Shown one piece after another: positions 28,540 through 31,751 of a stretch of 31,751 nucleotides of DNA. Made by a program: the position numbers and the translations under genes. This DNA comes from a virus. Taxonomy: Duplodnaviria > Caudoviricetes. Within the stretch, counting starts at the first letter, position 1, and each line of letters starts with the position of its first letter. The stretch lies in the IMG/VR virus record IMGVR_UViG_3300017911_000998, positions 1 to 31,751 of that record. One strand, given 5' to 3'. Under the pieces are notes generated by a model. It saw nothing but the letters and a program-made list of their open reading frames with translations. It did not search any database and was not told the DNA's origin.

Positions 28540-29111
28540 CAGTCTTCAAACATTCCCTTTTTGCCACCGCCCCTCAGCCGCGTATCGCCGCTCTGCTCTT
28601 TCTTGACCTTGTCTTCTAAATCTCCAATAATACCGGCAATCTTGGGCAGCTTTTCTGCAATGTCAAGAAGCTTGTTTACGTTTTTAACTGCCTCACCTAC
28701 TGTATCTACCTCTTCTTTGTCATCATTTGCTAACAACGTTTCAATACGATGCGTTAATGCACTAATTGCTTTTTCTGAACTAATTAATGCTTGTTTAGTG
28801 CTAAGTAATGTCTTGACAGTAGGCGTAATCTGAAGCTCTTTGTACTTGTTAATCGCCGCAACCATACGTTGAGACGGCTTAAAATCGGCAGGCAGGTTTA
28901 CATCTTTGCAAACTCTAATGTGCCGCTCTTTCTCATCGTATAGTTGATACGGACTTCTGTAGTCGTACATATGATAGATGTACCCAAACCATTTAACCGT
29001 TTCTTTCTTATTTCGATCTTTGTCTTCTGCTATAAGCTTAAAGAATTCATTGATGATCCGTATTTCAGGATCTACAACTACTTGGAAACCTTCTAGCTTA
29101 AACAGACTCAT
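28539..29111 (-). CDS. putative terminase small subunit
   Basis: 190 aa immediately upstream of and coupled to terL; YIY..YD.RSPY, helical body, basic/Gly C-terminus RGGGKKGMFED. Confidence 0.6.
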   Translation of the reverse strand: MSLFKLEGFQVVVDPEIRIINEFFKLIAEDKDRNKKETVKWFGYIYHMYDYRSPYQLYDEKERHIRVCKDVNLPADFKPSQRMVAAINKYKELQITPTVKTLLSTKQALISSEKAISALTHRIETLLANDDKEEVDTVGEAVKNVNKLLDIAEKLPKIAGIIGDLEDKVKKEQSGDTRLRGGGKKGMFED

Positions 29112-29340
29112 CCTTCTTGGGTTTAGTTGCTATAGATATATTTAGCTTGTGCAGTCTATAAGGGTTAACGCAGAACCTTCCGAAGTACGGAAGTCTTACA
29201 CTGTCAAACATGCCTATAGCTATAGTTTTGGCTGTAAATGCAAATTGACTATCAACGATAGCCTCTATTTCTTTTAGATCGCCGCCAATTTCTTTTTGGA
29301 TCTCTTTATAGATCTCGTGTTTTAATTTGTTTTTAGCCAA
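29098..29340 (-). CDS. HU/IHF-like DNA-binding protein (short)
   Basis: IY.EI.......KEIEAIVDSQF...A.TI..G.FDSVRLPYFGRF.V; HU/IHF-like core. Likely TTG start at 29340 (track start 29349). Confidence 0.75.
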   Translation of the reverse strand: MAKNKLKHEIYKEIQKEIGGDLKEIEAIVDSQFAFTAKTIAIGMFDSVRLPYFGRFCVNPYRLHKLNISIATKPKKDESV

Positions 29341-29388
29341 GGCACACAATTAAAACAAGTAATAACACGGGTATAAATCCTTTACGAT

Positions 29389-29664
29389 TCATTCTTCAAA
29401 TACTGGTAAGTACCCCGTTATAGAATAAACGAACGTAGGTGTTGGATCTGGTGGTAAAGGCCAGATAGGATCATCTCCGCCCCCACCACTATCTTCGTCG
29501 TCATCATCAGGATACCAGAGTAAAATCGATATTTCATTTTCACTAAAACTTACTTCATGTTCTGGAGGTACAACGCCTTCATCTTTAAAACGCTGATACT
29601 GCTTGTCTAAATACCAGAATGCTATATCAAGCTCGTTTGGAAATTCAAACTTGACTTCAATCAT
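29389..29664 (-). CDS. small acidic hypothetical protein
   Basis: 91 aa; overlaps the upstream gene end; DDDDEDSGGGGDDP low-complexity tract followed by a Pro-rich tail. Confidence 0.6.
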   Translation of the reverse strand: MIEVKFEFPNELDIAFWYLDKQYQRFKDEGVVPPEHEVSFSENEISILLWYPDDDDEDSGGGGDDPIWPLPPDPTPTFVYSITGYLPVFEE

Positions 29665-29995
29665 TTACTATTTCAAATTCTATACTCGTTACTTCTTCTT
29701 TAGGGCTAACGAGATTGTTGTACTTATATAAACCGGTAGCATCTTTGTAAATGCAGCCCTTGTCTTTTAAAGCCTTGATGTAGTTGTTTAAAACAGCTAC
29801 ATTCTTCATTTTAAGCCGCTGAGCCACGATTTTTCTAGCTAATGGTTGAGCACAGACGTACGCATCGTAGTCAATAAACTCAGCCAATACTTTTAACTCA
29901 GTACCTGTAAGCCTCAATAAACCATTAAGCAATTGTAGGTACTCAAGAATTCTACCCTCTTTAGACAGGGTTACCTGAGCCTTCAGCTTCGCCAT
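29657..29995 (-). CDS. winged-helix-like DNA-binding protein
   Basis: LT.TELKVL..FI ... RK.VA..L.M....LNNYIK.LK.KG.I.K...G.Y..N resembles a MarR/RepL-type wHTH pattern. Confidence 0.65.
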   Translation of the reverse strand: MAKLKAQVTLSKEGRILEYLQLLNGLLRLTGTELKVLAEFIDYDAYVCAQPLARKIVAQRLKMKNVAVLNNYIKALKDKGCIYKDATGLYKYNNLVSPKEEVTSIEFEIVND

Positions 29996-30263
29996 ATTTT
30001 TTCACGTTATCAATTTTTCTGCTTAAGCGTTTTCCTAATTGCTGTCGGATAGCTTTTAACAAAAGAATGACAACTTGATTCTCAGAGCTAAATCTTTTTT
30101 TATTCAGCTCGTAAAATCTATCGATAAGCATTTCAATTACTTCTTCGTTAGTAGTGCCAGACACATATTTACCGTCTACTTTTTCTGTAAACTGAATTTC
30201 TTGATATTCTGGGCTTTTAAAATTAAAAAGCTTGTATCGGATTCCTGGTTTTATCGGCTCCAT
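29961..30263 (-). CDS. diverged Tad1/Acb2-superfamily (nucleotide-signal sponge-like) protein
   Basis: PG.RY.L.NF....Q.IQF..K......GTTNEEVIEMLIDR...LN.K....EN....helix..R; matches the layout of Tad1-like proteins as I recall them. Confidence 0.6.
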   Translation of the reverse strand: MEPIKPGIRYKLFNFKSPEYQEIQFTEKVDGKYVSGTTNEEVIEMLIDRFYELNKKRFSSENQVVILLLKAIRQQLGKRLSRKIDNVKKYGEAEGSGNPV

Positions 30264-30277
30264 TTCTGTTAGCGTAT

Positions 30278-30315
30278 TCCCCTAACGTAACATATGGATT
30301 TAACATACGCAACTT
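30278..30315 (-). promoter_or_regulatory. possible Bacteroidota-type promoter
   Basis: Minus strand TTG-N20-TACGTTAG, a near match to TTG...TAnnTTTG, shortly upstream of the Tad1-like ATG. Confidence 0.35.
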
Positions 30316-30347
30316 GAGCGCAGCGAAAAAATTTCTGACAGATACCT

Positions 30348-30497
30348 TTAATCCCCATCCACTGGGTCCATCTGCACATCAACCATAATAACATCCCCTC
30401 TTTTATTCTGCACAACTACTACAGAACATTCAGGCCAGCACCACATCGAGTACACATCACTATCAAATCCATAATACTCATGAGCTATAATAGGCAT
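30348..30497 (-). CDS. possible small protein (49 aa)
   Basis: Hand-translated MPIIAHEYYGFDSDVYSMWCWPECSVVVVQNKRGDVIMVDVQMDPVDGD; fills an otherwise empty gap. Confidence 0.45.
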   Translation of the reverse strand: MPIIAHEYYGFDSDVYSMWCWPECSVVVVQNKRGDVIMVDVQMDPVDGD

Positions 30498-30572
30498 ATT
30501 CTTAATGTAATGTCTAGGGCCGTTGGATAAGAATAATTGCGATTATCAAAATTCCACAATAACTTCAGTTAT

Positions 30573-30800
30573 ATGATTGTGGGCTCATCTAATAAGAGAA
30601 TCCGTAAAATAGAAGCCGACATTAAGCTTCTTATGGAAGACCGAAAAGTCCATCAGCAACAGATAGCCAATCTAATCCGCCTTTTTGACGAATACAAACA
30701 AGAGCTGAATCGCCGGAGAAGACTGTTTCAGTCGTTAGTGCGAAAGACGGGTATGGCCCTGTCATTTATCGCCGGGGTATCCCTCCCCCTTTATATATAA
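30573..30800 (+). CDS. small coiled-coil protein with C-terminal hydrophobic anchor
   Basis: 75 aa from the ATG at 30573: heptad-rich RIRKIEADIKLL...ELNRRRR, then GMALSFIAGVSLPLYI. Confidence 0.55.
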   Translation: MIVGSSNKRIRKIEADIKLLMEDRKVHQQQIANLIRLFDEYKQELNRRRRLFQSLVRKTGMALSFIAGVSLPLYI

Positions 30801-30907
30801 CCCCCCCCTTTAAGTACTCTGGGGAATTGAGTGTAGTGACCACTTAGCGCGGCACCCCCCGCCCTCGCAGGCTCGTTCGGGTCCCCCCACGCGAAATCAA
30901 ATAGTGT

Positions 30908-30990
30908 CCATGTGGTAGCGCAATGCGGGACGTGGTAGACGCTGTTGTCTGCCCGTAAAAACAGAATCCGCGGCGCGCTCACACACATGG
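30908..30990 (+). promoter_or_regulatory. candidate structured 5' leader RNA
   Basis: Nested complementary segments CCATGTG/CACATGG, AGCGC/GCGCT, GCGGG/TCCGC, ACG/CGT and GGTAGAC/GTCTGCC. Confidence 0.5.
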
Positions 30991-31391
30991 CAAAAGCCAC
31001 GAACCTTGCAACGCGCAGCACTAAGCGCGTGGCACGTATGCTCGACGTCACTGAGCGGAAGCAACTCGGGCTGCCTGAACTGGCTGACCTCATGATCGCA
31101 CCACGTCCGACGGATGTGTACCATCATGCACTGGTCACCAAGGATGGTGCACCTGTCATCCATGATGGGCGTGAAGTTCGTCTGCAGATCCAGAAGCGTA
31201 AGCGTGATGGTGATGAGACGCAGTACACCAAGCTGTGCTGGCACGACACGTTGGACTTGCTCGGCGGTCGTGACTGGCGTCACTTTGCAACCTGGAAGGG
31301 TTGGCACGATGCTGACGACGCTGACAACCTGAAGGAAGTTCAGATGTCTATCGTCTTGACGCCTGCACCTGACATGTCAAAGGCTATCTGA
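30987..31391 (+). CDS. hypothetical (probably early) protein, 134 aa
   Basis: ATG at 30987 (MAKATNL...), in frame with the track ORF 30945; strong C/G-ending codon bias like the MCP gene; TGATG coupling to the next gene. Confidence 0.75.
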   Translation: MAKATNLATRSTKRVARMLDVTERKQLGLPELADLMIAPRPTDVYHHALVTKDGAPVIHDGREVRLQIQKRKRDGDETQYTKLCWHDTLDLLGGRDWRHFATWKGWHDADDADNLKEVQMSIVLTPAPDMSKAI

Positions 31392-31618
31392 TGCAGGGAC
31401 CTACACGTCGCATTCGAATGGGAGATGAAGTCCTAGTCGAAGTGCTAGATCCCGAAGAGGGACAGTGGGTCTGTGTCGATGTACAGTTTGACCCGATTTG
31501 CGGACACTGTGGTGATGACGATCATCGTACTCACCAATGTCCAAACTTTGATCCAGGCTACGTGCCTGAAGAAGCTGAACAATCCATCGAGGATTCACCT
31601 CAGTATGGAGACTGCTAA
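31391..31618 (+). CDS. small acidic protein with CCHC zinc knuckle
   Basis: 75 aa; CGHCGDDDHRTHQC = C-x2-C-x4-H-x4-C; followed by a terminator. Confidence 0.7.
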   Translation: MQGPTRRIRMGDEVLVEVLDPEEGQWVCVDVQFDPICGHCGDDDHRTHQCPNFDPGYVPEEAEQSIEDSPQYGDC

Positions 31619-31636
31619 GCGAATTTGATTCGCACT

Positions 31637-31668
31637 GGGAGTGGGGATAGTCCTCACTCCCTTCTTTT
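31637..31668 (+). terminator. rho-independent terminator
   Basis: GGGAGTGGGGA-TAG-TCCTCACTCCC followed by TTCTTTT. Confidence 0.85.
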
Positions 31669-31751
31669 ACTAATCACACATAATTTCTAGAACACGTGTG
31701 TTACGACAACTACCTGGCTGAAAAACTGCCGATCAACAAGACAAAGCTGCC

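Noticed and set aside
1-30263. Stop-codon reassignment (TAG/TGA recoding known in some crAss-like phages)
   Set aside because: TerL, portal, MCP and muzzle are intact in the standard code, and TAA, TGA and TAG all appear to serve as stops.
30908-30990. Pistol, twister or hammerhead ribozyme, or preQ1 riboswitch, as the identity of the leader structure
   Set aside because: Only superficial resemblance (hairpin plus A-rich linker); the required conserved cores were not found by eye.
30791-31598. Minus-strand ORFs 30791-31093, 30897-31307 and 31401-31598
   Set aside because: They overlap the better-supported plus-strand genes, which show codon bias, TGATG coupling and a plus-strand terminator.
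31696-31751. Possible next rightward gene (GTG TGT TAC GAC AAC...) running off the right edge
   Set aside because: Only 18 codons are visible; too little to support.
1-31751. tRNA/rRNA genes, integrase, transposase
   Set aside because: No such signatures seen; intergenic gaps are mostly too short.

Overview
This window is a 31.8-kb segment of a lytic crAss-like phage (Crassvirales type), most likely infecting an environmental Bacteroidota host. That host call rests on A-rich leaders without obvious Shine-Dalgarno motifs and TAnnTT-type promoter-like boxes; the phage uses the standard genetic code. Bases ~1-30500 form one leftward late/structural block. From right to left it encodes: small genes including a diverged Tad1-like protein, a winged-helix protein and an HU/IHF-like protein; putative small terminase, large terminase, portal, scaffold-like protein and major capsid protein; four tiny, mostly very basic proteins; ring, auxiliary-capsid and hub-type proteins. 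Next comes an inserted block with a metallophosphoesterase, modular fibre proteins and holin/lipoprotein genes, then two more ring proteins flanking a second IHF-like gene, and the >1066-aa muzzle (tail stabilisation) gene. The muzzle runs off the left edge and is missing from the ORF track. After a strand switch near 30.5 kb, a C-tract/GC-rich region precedes small rightward genes. The most notable observations are: (1) a Tad1-fold protein with altered ligand-pocket residues; (2) a long nested RNA hairpin that buries the start codon of the rightward gene at 30987; (3) a retroviral-type CCHC zinc knuckle; (4) a fibre with three tandem lectin-like cassettes made of GC-rich conserved frames and AT-richer variable cores; (5) a protamine-like gene cluster behind the capsid gene. 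All family assignments come from motif recognition and synteny by eye, not from database searches.
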